Assembly (NCBI RefSeq): GCF_018350175.1
Contig: NC_058368.1
Span: 141,300,001 to 141,364,000, forward strand
Length of the DNA stretch: 64,000 nucleotides
Origin: Felis catus
Lineage: Eukaryota
Direction of reading: 5' to 3'
Shown: piece by piece, positions 1-11,446 of the stretch
How positions within the stretch are numbered: position 1 is the first letter of the stretch
Layout: each line of letters begins with the position of its first letter
The notes under the pieces: generated by a model
Told to the model about the DNA's origin: nothing
The model's input: the letters and a program-made list of their open reading frames with translations, nothing else
The model's database searches: none
Program-made: the position numbers and the translations under genes

Positions 1-518
1 TTCATTGAGTTTTTTGTATTGTGTTTTTAGTCTCTATTTTATTTATTTGTGGTCTTATTTTTAATGGTTGGTTTGTTTGCTTTTGGTTTTTGTTTTACTA
101 ACTTTGGGCATTGTTCTTTTTCTAGCTTCTTTAGATGTAAGGTCAAATTGTTTCAGATTTTTCTTGTTTCTTGAGGTAGACCTGTATTGCTATTAACTTG
201 CCTCTTAGAACTGCTTTTTCTTAATCCCAAAGATTTCGAATCATTTTGTTTTTATTTTCATTTGCCTCTTGGTATTTTTAAATTTCCTCTTTGACTTCTT
301 GGTTGACCTGTTGGTTGTTTAATAACATTTGTTTAGCCTCCTCTTTTTTCTGGGTTTTCCAGTGTTTTTATTATAATTGATTTCTAGTTTCCTATACTTT
401 CATATAGATGTTTGATATTATTCCATTGTTCTTACATTTATTGAGACTTGTTTCAGATCCTGTGGTCTACCATGTGATCTGTCCTGGAGAATGTTCCACG
501 AGCACTTGAAAAGAGGCA
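1..518 (-). mobile_element. LINE-1 ORF2 fragment (antisense), runs off window start
   Basis: T-rich L1-like text (gagacttgtt...catgtgatctgtcctggagaatgttcca), near-identical to the L1 segment at ~12915-12965. Confidence 0.8.
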
Positions 519-519
519 C

Positions 520-710
520 AAGAACCAGACACAAATAGCAAAAATCCCATATCCTAGAAGGAAAACAGGTGTAAGTACCCTAAATGGGCTGAACAGTCTT
601 GTCGTTGTAGGAAACATTCCAGAAGTCAAGTTCTCAGACACCAGCCAGTGGCCAACCCTACGAACAGGTTCTTCTAAAGTTTGCAATCCCTGACCTTAAC
701 TCTGTTCAGT
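520..710. mobile_element. Old LTR fragment (MER21/MER77-like; family uncertain)
   Basis: aagttctcagacaccagccagtggccaaccc...ttctaaag resembles the terminal part of MER21-group LTRs as I recall them. Confidence 0.4.
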
Positions 711-714
711 TCAA

Positions 715-2110
715 AATACTTTCTAATTTCTTTTTTTATTTCTTCTTTGGTCCATGGGCTATTTAAAGTGTGTTTTTTACTTTCCAATTATTTAGGAATT
801 TTATAGATTTCTGTTACTGGTTTCTAATTTTATGTGGTCAAGATAACATAATTTCTGTGATTTGAACCCATTTAAAATTACTGAGACGTGTTTTATAGCC
901 AGATGCACATCTGTTTAATTAACATTCAAATTCATTTGAAAGGTTATGTATTCTATTGTTGTTGAGTAGTGTCCTATAAATGCCAGTGAGGGTCAAAGTG
1001 GTTGATAGCATTCTCCATATCTTCTGTGTTTTACTACTTACTTTCTAGTTCAGTCATGGGCTATAAGCAGCATTAAGATCCTTCTCTGTGATTGTGAACG
1101 TTGTCTGTTTCTCCCTTTAAATCTATCAAATTTTGTTTCTTGTTTTTTGAAGCTCTGTTGTTAAGTAATGTAGATAAATGATTAGTCTTTCTGATGAACT
1201 GATGGTTTTATCATTTTGAAAAATCCAACTTGATATCTGGTAATACTCTATCTTAAAATCTATTTTAGTTGATATTAGTATAGCCATTCATTCTAGCCTT
1301 CTTAAATTTGTTTTCATGATGTATCTATTCCCATCCATTTACTTTGAATCTGTGTCTATTTGAGGTATATTTCTTATGGACAGCATATTGTTGGAGTTTG
1401 ATTTTTATCAGTTCTGACCATCTCTGTGTCTTCATTGGAATGTTTAATTCATTAACTTTTAGTGTAACTATGAATATGGTTGGGTTTGGGTTTACCATTT
1501 TATTTGCTATTTGTACTTCTGTTTTGTTTTTGTTTTCTCTGTTTCTTTATACAGTCCTTTTAGATTAAACAACTTTTATTTTATTTTTATTCTTTTAAAT
1601 GTTTATTTTTGAGGGAGAGAGACAGAACATGAGTGGGGGAGGGGCAGAGAGAGAGGGGGGACACAGAATCTGAAGCAGGCTCCAGGCTCTGAGCTGTCAG
1701 CACTAGAGCCCGACGTGGGGCTCGAACTCACAGACCACAAGATCATGACCTGAGCCAAAGCCAGACGCTCAACTGACTGAGCCACCCAGGCACCCCTAGA
1801 TTAAACAACTTTTAAAGCGCTATTTTATTTATCTACTGGATTTTTGTTAAATCTCTTTGGATTTCTTTAATGGTTGATCTAGGGATTACTATAACCTTAA
1901 CTTTACACGGTCTAGTTAACCCAATATTGTACCAATTCTTGTGAAACATAGAAACCTTGCAACTGTCTATTTACCAACTCTCCTTCCTAGCCTTTATGCT
2001 ATAATTTTCATATATATTATAAACCCCATAAGAGAGTGCTGCTATTTTTGCCCTGAACATACATTTTAAAAAATTAAGAGAAATTTTTTCTAGTATTTAC
2101 CCAAGTATCT
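715..2110 (-). mobile_element. Older, degraded LINE-1 (L1M-type) fragment, interrupted by a SINE
   Basis: Antisense L1 ORF2-like motifs (ttttgaagctctgttgttaag, ttccatccatttactttgaatctgtgtct). Confidence 0.65.
1579..1796 (-). mobile_element. Carnivore tRNA-derived SINE (CanSINE, felid SINEC_Fc type)
   Basis: Reverse complement of ggggtgcctgggtggctcagtcagttgagcg...(CT)n...aaaaataaac; 18-bp TSD tagattaaacaactttta at 1561-1578 and 1797-1814. Confidence 0.95.
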
Positions 2111-2330
2111 GCTGTATCTGAGCACTAAAGATTGATGAGAAGACAGCATGAACACTTATTCTGTCCTTCCACCCTATCTCTTTTCAGTTCTGTCCCCTTA
2201 GGCAAATCCCCTCAACACTTGGTCCCAGTGCCTCCTCCCTCTGACATGTCAGTAGATGTCTTAACTGCCTACAGGCTGTGGACTAAACCAGTCTCCCACA
2301 CACCCCTCAACTCTTGGATCTCTAGTTCTT

Positions 2331-2828
2331 TTTTTTTTTTTTTTTGATATATGATCAGACATGATTTCTTATTTCAGGGTAGTTGACACACAGTGTTACA
2401 TTAGTTTCAGGTATACAACATAACCATTCCACAACTATATACATTATGCTATGCTGACAAGTATAGCTACCATCTGTCAACATATAATGCTATTACCGTC
2501 CCTTTGGCTCTATTTCCTGTGGTGTACCTTTTATCCTTGTGACTTATTTAACTCTAACTGGAAGCCTGTACTTCCTATTCCCCTTCACCCAATTTGTCTG
2601 TCCCCCCACTCTCTTCCCATCTGGCAGCCACCAGTTTATTCTCTGTGTTTATAGGTCTGTTTCTGATTTATTTGTTTGTTCATTTGTTTTGTTTTTAGAT
2701 TCCACATGAGTGAAATCAGATGGTATTTGTCTTTCTGTCTGACTTACTTAGCATAATACCCTCTAGTTCCATCCATGTGGTTGCAAATGGCAAGATTTCA
2801 TTCCTTTTTTATGGCTGAATAATATTCC

Positions 2829-2867
<39 letters not shown>

Positions 2868-2869
2868 GG

Positions 2870-2921
<52 letters not shown>

Positions 2922-5043
2922 TCCATCTTCTCTGTCCATGCCTCTGCTGATGGATGCTGAGGTTGCTTCTGTATATTGGGTGTTGTAAATAATGCTGCAA
3001 TAAACATATAGGGACATACGACTTTTCAAGTTAGTGTTTTCATTTTCTTTGGGTACACATCCAGTAGTGGAATTTCTGGTTTCTATTGTAATTCTATTTT
3101 TAATTTTTTGAGAAACCTCCATTGTTTTCCACAATTTCTGTGCCAATTTACATTCCCACCAACTGTGCATGAAGATTGCCTTTCTTCTACATCCTCACCA
3201 ACATGTGTTATTTCTTGTTTTTTTGTTACTAGCCATTCTAACAGGTATGAGGTGCTATCTTATTGTGATTTTGATTTGCATTTCCCTAATGATTAGTGAT
3301 GTTAAGCATCTTTTCCTGTGTCTGTGGGTGTTCTCTGTGTCTTCTTTGGAAAAAGGTCTATTCAGGTCCTCTGCCTATTTTTAAATCAGATTATTTGTTA
3401 TTTTGTTGTTGAATTGTGTAAGTTCTTTATATAGTTTAGATATTAACCCCTTTTCAGTGCATCATTTGCAAATATCTTCTCTCATTTACTAGGTTACCTT
3501 TTCATTTCATTGATGTTTTCCTTTGCTCTACGAAAGCCTTTAATTATGGTGTGGTCCCCAGTAGTTTACTTTTGTTTTTGCTTCCCTTGGCTGAGGAGAC
3601 ATATCCAGAAAAATGTTTCTTCGAGTATTGCTTATGTTTTCTTCCAAGGAGTTTTATGGTTTCAGGTCTCACATTTAGGTTAATCCCTTGGGTGTTAATT
3701 TTTGTGTATGGTGTAGCAAAGCTGTCCAGTTTCATTCTTTTGCATGTTGCTGTCCATTGTGTCCAGCACCATTTATTGAAGAGACTGTCTTCTCCCCCCC
3801 CCCATTGTATATTCTTGCCTCCTTTGTTGTAGGTTAATTGACCACATACACATAAGTTTATTTCTGCACTCTCTACCCTGTTACATTGACCTGTGTATCT
3901 CGTTTTGTGCTAGTACCATACTGTTATGATTATTATAGCTTTGTAGCATATCTTGAAATCTGGGATTGTGATACCTCCAGCTTTGTTCTTCTTTTTCAAG
4001 ATTGCTTTGGCTATTTGAGGTCTTTTCTGGCTCCATACAAATTTTAGTATTGTTTGTTCTGGTTCTGTGAGGTATGCTTTTGGTGTTTTAATAGGGATTA
4101 CATTAAATCTGTAGATTGCTTTGGGTAGTATGCACGTATTCACGATATTTTTCCATTTGTGTTGTCTTCAGTTTCATTCATCAGTGTTCTATAGTTTTCA
4201 AAGTGTAGGTCTTCTACCCCCTTGGTTTATCCTAGGTATTTTGTTCTTTTTGATGGTTTTGTAAGTGGAGTTGTTTTCTTCATTTGTTATTCTGCCACAT
4301 CATTGTTATCATATGGAAATGCAACAGATTTCTGTATTTTGTGTCCTGCAACTTTACTGAATTTATTTATTTTAATAGCTTCTGGTGGAGCCTTTAAGGT
4401 TTTCTATGTATACTGTCCTGACACCTGCATATAATGACAGTTTGACTTTTTCCTTACCATTTGGATGTCTTTTACTTCTCGTCTGATTGGTGTGTGGGGG
4501 ACTTCTATTAGTAGGTCAAATGAAAGTGCTGAGAGTGGACCTCCTTGTTGTGTTCCTGACCATAAGGTAAAGCTCTCACTTTTTCACCACTGAGTGTGGT
4601 GTTAGTTGTGTTTGGTATCTATGGCTTTTATGATGTTGAGGTATAGTATCTTGAAACGTACATTGCTGTGAGTTACTGTCACGAATAGATGTTGAATTTT
4701 GTCAAATGCTTTGTTTGCAACTGCTGAGATGATAATGTGATTTTTTCTTTTTCATTTTGTCCCTTTGGTGTATCATGTTGATTGATTTGCAGATTTTGAA
4801 TTATTTTTGTATCCTTGGAATAAATCCCACTTGATCCTGGTGAATGATCCTTTTAATACATTGTTGAATTCAGTTTTCTAATATTTTGTTGAAGATTTTT
4901 GCGTCTGTGTTCAGCAGGGTTATTGGTCTGTAGTAGGTGGTTGTTTTTTGTTTTGTTTTGTTTTTTGTTTTTTTACTGTCTTTGGCTTTGGTATCAGGGT
5001 ATTGCTGGCCTCATAGAATGTATTTGGAAGATTTCTTTCCCCT

Positions 5044-5076
<33 letters not shown>

Positions 5077-5153
5077 TTTTTGGAATAGTTTGAGAAGAAT
5101 AGGTATTAATTCATCTGAAATGTTTGATAGACTTCACCTGTGAATCTATCGTA
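2331..5153 (-). mobile_element. 5'-truncated carnivore LINE-1 (3'UTR plus 3' part of ORF2)
   Basis: Poly(T) tail at ~2329-2345, then L1 3'UTR and ORF2 remnants in the ORF track ([15 protein letters not shown] at 3910-4143); TSD-like ggatctctagttctt (2316-2330) / ggctctctaattctt (5154-5168). Confidence 0.9.
2829..2921. repeat. Compound microsatellite (TG)n-(AG)n-(ACAG)n inside L1
   Basis: Direct reading. Confidence 0.95.
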
Positions 5154-5818
5154 GGCTCTCTAATTCTTGAGAAATTGCCTTGTTAATGTGGATTTTTAGA
5201 TGTTGGAACAGTGCCCGGGAGACAGAACATTCCCATCCCAGAAAAGTATCAAATAGCTGCCACATGTGTGATGATTTACATGTTATGCCATTGCCCTGAT
5301 GAGGTCACTAAGGAAGCACCAGCTGTGTCTCTAGGAGTTTCTCTTGATAAGAGTTCTTGGTAGGGTGGTAAACAGTCCCTTATGATTGTGCTACATTATC
5401 TTCTCTACTGAAGCAGACCCATGCGCAGTGGCATGGCCAGTAGTTTGATCTCTTGAGGAAGGCTACGTGTCCAAGGGTTCTGTGAGAATGTGGTGATGAG
5501 GCTCCATGTGAATAGCTGCAGGAAGGGAGGATCAGGTGAGATGAGTGGACCAGTCTAAATGATCCCAAATTGTTACCTGGACAGGACCAAAACTGTAACA
5601 GAAAATGCTTCAGTTTTAAGTCTCTTTGGGTTTCCAGCTGCTTCCAGACAGGAATTTTAGATACTTTTTCCTGGCACGTCTTCAGCATAATAATATCAGA
5701 ATCTGTAGAATTGAAAGATTGGGAAAAGAGGAAATGAAACCCCATCTGCCTGTTGAAAGTTGAGGATGTATCTCATGACTGTATTTGATACCATCTGTTC
5801 CTATGTCCCTTCGGTCAG

Positions 5819-5977
5819 CCAGGCCACCCCGGAAAATTCAGTGCCCTCCTACAGCTAGCCTCTCATCACCAGACTCCACTCAGAGCCATTACTGACCGAA
5901 GAAAGAGGTACAGTTACGGCCTTCTAGTAACGATGTTCCTGCTTCGGCCTGAGTGTCATTGTTATTGTGTCTGGAAG
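5819..5977 (+). other. Candidate unannotated PDE8B alternative (internal first or cassette) exon
   Basis: Open frame 5789-5977 ends in phase 0 at donor AAG|GTAAAA; in-frame ATG at 5933 with A at -3; in-frame CAG acceptors ending 5818 and 5854; local CpG enrichment. Confidence 0.4.
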
Positions 5978-6924
5978 GTAAAAAAAAAAAAAAAAAAGGC
6001 TGTCCCTGCCACATGGGATTTATATACTTTTTAAAAATTATGAATCCTGATTGATTCACCCATCATGTTACCCCTTTTCAGGGGAAAGGAGCACTGTGTA
6101 ATGCCCCTCTTGTGTCTTCATTCCTAAAGGAGCATTTCATTTCCAGTCCAAATTAGATTAATGGCATAGACTGGCAGCTTAGGACCAAAAATGGCAGCAG
6201 TGACCCAGAAGTGAGAGGCACAGGCAGCATAGGGCTGTGCAGAGTCCCACTGGGAATTAGGAGCTAGCGATGGTGGCTGGGAACCCTGTCAGACACTCCT
6301 GAGCATTTACCCATCCATCTGACACAAGCAGGAACTAAGCTTAAAAGGGCCTGCCAGGTCCAGCCAGCTGCTGGCTGGTCAGTGTGACTTCCACAGCCCC
6401 TCCAGTTCTTGGGTTCTACTTCTGCCCATATTCTTCTCCCCTGAAGCCACGGCATTTGGGAGGTCAAGGATGGGCACATGGCTCATAACTCTGTTTCCCA
6501 CATTTGGGGCGCTCCTGGATCTCAACTGTTGGCATACCTAGATGCCACCTAACCTATTCATACTTGTTTTTCTTTAGAAAGAGTCACTTTTAAAACTTTG
6601 TATAACCATAATAATTAAACTGGAACACCAAAATCACTAGCCACAATGGAAGGTAACAGTAAATATAGATATCCTAGAGAAAGACCGTCCATGTATCAAA
6701 TTCTTTACAAAGTGTTAGGTGTTAAACATAATAGCATCACCCTGAGGCTTTCCCCTTGATATACTCAGAAGGCTTGGGAAAATGCTGAAGACTAAATGAC
6801 TTGAATATATGAGGCAAGGTTATTTAGCATCATATTTTGGAATTCCCTAAACTTTTTAACCCTCACCATCCCACCCCTTGCAAAATACTGTCTTTGGCAC
6901 TTCTGAACCAGCTTACTGAAACTA

Positions 6925-7010
6925 TATCTCTTTTATTCTCGGTCACATCCCTGGTACCGAAAACATTACCCAACACATAGTATACACTCAACAAACACTT
7001 AATGAATAGA
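6925..7010 (+). mobile_element. L2 3'-end relic
   Basis: acacatagtatacactcaacaaacacttaatgaat resembles the L2 terminus. Confidence 0.55.
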
Positions 7011-7867
7011 TCCATTGTGACAGTACTTGGTTTTTGTCCCCTGTTATACAGTAAATCATTTGAAAGCAGGGACTCTGTTCGAACCATCTTTGTGTCTTAG
7101 GCCCAATAAATATTTCTGGAGTTGAACTAGAAAATGGGGTATCAGCTAGAAAATGGCCTTTTTCTCCTGGGAGTGATTGTTCACAAATGTAAACAGAGAT
7201 TCTAATGAACAGCATTTCAGAACCTCAGGACACACAGTGATAAAGCTGTTTTACTCTTTTGTTCTCTCATTATTACTAATTTTTCCTTTGTGCTGTCCTC
7301 TCTCTGCAGTAGCTATCAAAGGGCCTGATTTACAAAGCAAAGGTCCTGCTGCTTGCTTCTGTCTTAGGCTAATCACAGTGCAACAGAGGCCCCCAGTGTC
7401 ATTAAACACTTCAGTGACTCTGTTGAGCACTAGTGGAACGTTGGTGGGAAACTGTGATCTTTGCAGTTTCCTCATTCTCTTGACAAAATTGAGTAGGCAC
7501 AGCAGTTTCCACATAAAAGTGTTTCACAAAAGTGCCATCAGTCTGTGACAATTCTTTAAGAGGAAGAAACTTTAAGGAAAATGAAATCTCCTTCGGAAGC
7601 TCTTTATATGTTTCTCTTTGTCACTGAGCGGTGAGGGGACACAGGCCAAGCAAATGATGGCATAAAAGTGAGAAACACAGCACATCGGAGCACCCCACAT
7701 GTGCTCAGCGTATGCTTTAAAGGAAATGGTTTTTGTAAACGAAAACCAGTCCTGAAATAATAAACAATGGAAACATCCCTGAATCCAGATTCTCCACAAA
7801 CAAGATACATCTCTGAAAGAGAAGGTAAAGGGAACCAGTGTTATCTGGGCACCCACCATGGGCTAGT

Positions 7868-8606
7868 TCAGTGGTTCTCAAAGAAAGGCTAACTAACTTG
7901 GATGTAAATTAAAAAAAAAGGCCACTGGATCAGCTGCCTCAGCCTCACAGGGAACTTGTTAGAAACACAAATTCTCAGGCCCCAACCCAGATCTACTGAA
8001 ACAGAAAGGGTGGGGGTGGAGCCAAGCCCTGTGCTTTCACAAGCCTTCCAGGTAATTCTGGTAAAAGGCCAGCTTGGAAGCTACTGGGCTGGGCATTTTA
8101 CACACATTATTTCATTTGATCTAGACTGTAAATAGTAGGCGTTGGTCCCCGTTTACCCATAAGGAAACTGAGACTCCGTAAAGTTTATAACGTACCAGGT
8201 TTATACCACTAGAAATGGAGATATTAAGACATCTGTTGGCATGCCTGAGATTTTTCCACCTAAATCAGTGATTTTTCAACTCACTGTAATGTTAAAATCA
8301 CCTGGAGATTAACTGTTAAAATATGGATTCTCATACTCACTCAGTGAGTCTGGAGAGTCTGAGAGTCGGTAGTTCTGACAAGCACCCAGGTGTCAGCCAA
8401 GTTGCTGGTGCCCAGAGCACTGTGAGGAGGGGGTCCTCGTGTATTACAACATGGCCCCCAGATCCACAGCCTTGGCCTCATCTGGGAACTTTAACGTTAG
8501 AGATCCAGATTCTAGGCTTCCCCCAGAACTCTGGGGATGGCCCCCTGCACCTGTTTGAACATGCCCTTAACGTGGTTCTATTCATGCTGAAGTTTGAGAA
8601 CCACTG
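7868..8606. mobile_element. Cluster of about three MER5-type (hAT-Charlie) MITEs with an intervening MIR
   Basis: cagtggttctcaaag at 7869, gggaacttgttagaaac..aaattctcaggcccc, cagtgatttttcaac at ~8266, gtttgagaaccactg at ~8592-8606; MIR-like aaggaaactgagact at ~8161. Confidence 0.7.
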
Positions 8607-9426
8607 TCATATTTTCATAGTAGAAAATGCAGTATTTTCCAGGTATGAAGCAAAGTGGTGTTTACTTTGTAGGTCTTTGAAAGCCATTAAATAGAGAAAC
8701 TGACAAGGGAAAAAAGAGTGAAACATTTCAACTGGAATGGTACACGAATTAAGTGTTTTTCCATGAGATAAAGATTTAAAAAAAAAACTATCACTGGCTA
8801 CATAATGAGTGCTTCTTTGTAATGGCTCTTGCAAATGCATGTTGAATGTGGGGCTGGCGGGCACTGGCACTAAGGTAAGAAAATATTGACTGAGGGATAT
8901 CAGTGATATCTGAACATACTAGATCTGGCATTGCTCCATTTGGTGTTTGTTTGCTGTTTGGTGGGAATTTTGAGAAGTGTGTTATCAAACAGTTTTTGAA
9001 AATAGAGTAGACAGAAAACATCTTTGATCTAGGCATCAGATGCTTTTAGCATCCAAGGAATTACTTCTCAGTAAAGAAGGTATTTTCAGTAAAGAAAGAT
9101 GATCAAAGAAACCATTATATCACACACTGTCATTTTTATTACATGTAAATGAAGGGAGGGTCTCAAATGACTCAGTTTCTGTGATCACATCTCTCATCCA
9201 GCATTTGAACTCTACTGAAGTCTTGTCACATACATGAAAGCATTCAGTTTTGTCTTGAAGTTGTTGATCAAGTATGTCCAATCTTAAAAAAAAAAAGATT
9301 TCTTAATAAGTTGGCTTTGCAAGCTACACTAATTTTAGAAAATAGTACTTGTCTTCATTTTAACCAAATTTTTTACCTCTTTTCATAATACGTGGGAGTG
9401 AGGGAGACCCAAAAACAAACAATATA

Positions 9427-10098
9427 CGGGCATACTTGGGAGACAGTGCAGGTTGGGTTCCAGACCACTACAGTGAAGTGAGTATCTCAGTAAAGCAAGT
9501 CAGATGAATTATGGGGTGTCCCAGGGCATATAAAAGTTACGTTTACACTATGCTGTGGTCTGTTAAGTGCATAATAGCATTATGTCTAGAAAGACAGTGT
9601 ACATACCTTAATTTAAAACTATTTTATTGCTAAAAAATGCTAAACATCATCTGAGTTTTCACTGAGTCGTTATCTTTTTGCTGGTGGAGAGTCTTGCCTT
9701 AGTGTTGATGGCTGATCAGGGTGGTGAGTGCTGAAGGCTGGAGTTGCCATGGCAGTTTCTTAAAATGGGACCACAGGGAAGTTTGCCACATTGATCGACA
9801 TTTCCTTTCCCCAACAAGTTCTGGGTAGTATGTGATGCTATTTGATACCATTTAACTCATAGTAGAACTTCTTTGAAAATTAAAGTCCGTCCTCTCAAAC
9901 CCTGCCCTGCTTTATCAGCTACATGTGATCTTCCAGATTCTTTATTGTCATTTCAACAGTCTTCATAGTATCTTCATCAGGAGCAGATTCTATCTCAAGA
10001 AACCACTATCTTTCTTTGTTCATCCACAAGAAGCAATTCCTCATTTGTTAAAGTTCTATGAGATTGCCACAATTCGGTCACATTTTCAGGCTCCACTT
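9427..10098 (-). mobile_element. Tigger1 DNA transposon, first part
   Basis: cgggcatacttgggagac..gcaggttgggttccagaccac..catataaaagttacgtttacactat matches the Tigger1 terminus as recalled; continues at 14957. Confidence 0.85.
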
Positions 10099-10388
10099 TT
10101 TAAGTATGTGTTTTATTTTTAGTTGAAGTGTAGTTGACATACAGTGCTACCTTAATTACAGTCCAGTTTTCTCAGCATCATTTATTGAAGAGACCATCTT
10201 TTCCCCATTGTGTATTCTTGCCTCCTTTGTCATAGACTAATTGGCCATATAATTTTAGGTTTACTTCTGGGCTTTCTTATCCTGTTCCATTGCCCTATTT
10301 TTTGTACCATTACCATACTTTTTAAATTATCATAGCTTTTAGTCTATCTTGAAATCTGGGATTGTGATATCTTCAGAGTTGTCTTTTT

Positions 10389-10598
10389 TTTTTTTAACAT
10401 TTATTTATTTTTGAGACAGGGAGAGACAGAGCATGAACGGGGGAGGGTCAGAGAGAGAGGGAGACACAGAATCTGAAACAGGCTCCAGGCTCTGAGCTGT
10501 CAGCACAGAGCCCGACGTGGGGCTCGAACTCACGGACCGTGAGATCATGACCTGAGCCAAAGTCGGACGCTCAACTGACTGAGCCACCCAGGCGTCCC
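10389..10598 (-). mobile_element. CanSINE (young felid type)
   Basis: Full consensus body; TSD agagttgtcttttt at 10375-10388 and 10599-10612. Confidence 0.95.
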
Positions 10599-10612
10599 AG
10601 AGTTGTCTTTTT

Positions 10613-10807
10613 AAAAAATTTTTATCTATTTTGAAAAAGAGTGAGTGCAGAGAAGGGACAGACAGAGAGGGAGAGAGAAAATCCCAAGCAGGCTTCACAC
10701 TGTTATCATACAGCCTGACATGGGGCTTGATCTAGCAAACCATGAGATCATGACCTGAGCCGAAATCAAGAGTCAGTGCTTAACCGACTCAGCCAACCTG
10801 GTGCCCC
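10613..10807 (-). mobile_element. CanSINE (second, more diverged subtype)
   Basis: gagagaaaatcccaagcaggct...catgacctgagccgaaatcaagagtc...ggtgcccc. Confidence 0.9.
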
Positions 10808-11240
10808 CAGATTTTTTTTGTCTTAAGATTGCTTTGGCTATTCAGGGTCTTTTGTGGTCCCATACAAATTTTGGTATTTGTGTTATAATTCTGTGAAAAA
10901 TACTGTTGATATTTTGATAGAGATTACATTGAATCTGTAGATTGCTTTGGGTAGTATGCACAATTTAACAGTATTCTTCCATTCCATGAGCATGGAATAT
11001 CTTTCCATTTGTTTGTGTCATCTTGGATTTCTTTTATCATTGTTTCACAGTTTTCAAAATGTAGGTCTTTAATCTCCTTGGTTAAATTTATTCCTAGGTA
11101 TTTTTATTATTTTTGATGCAATTATAAATGGAATTGTTTTCTTAATTTCTTTTTCTGTTACTTTGATATTAGTGTGTAGAAATGCAACGGATTTTTGTAT
11201 TTTGTTATCCTGCAAATTTACTGAGTTCACTTATTACTTT

Positions 11241-11446
11241 TTTTTTAAGTTTACTTATTTATTTTTGAGAGAGACAGAGGAAGAGTGACGAGGCAAGGAG
11301 AAGAGAGAGGGAGAGACAATCCGAAGCAGGCTCTGTGCTGTCAGCACAGAGCCCATTACAGGGTTTGAACTCACAAGCTGTGAGATCATGCTCTGAACTG
11401 ATATCAAGAGTTGGACAGTTAACTGACTGAGCCACCCAGGTGCCCC
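11241..11446 (-). mobile_element. CanSINE
   Basis: Consensus body; TSD tcacttattacttt (11227-11240) / tcacttactacttt (11447-11460). Confidence 0.93.

Noticed and set aside
1603..1785. Recurrent 'VAQSVERPTLAQVMI' peptides at many positions
   Set aside because: Conceptual translation of the CanSINE consensus, not a protein family.
2763..3170. ORFs with HTHTHT/CLSV runs (also at 22284, 41281, 43759)
   Set aside because: Translations of microsatellites.
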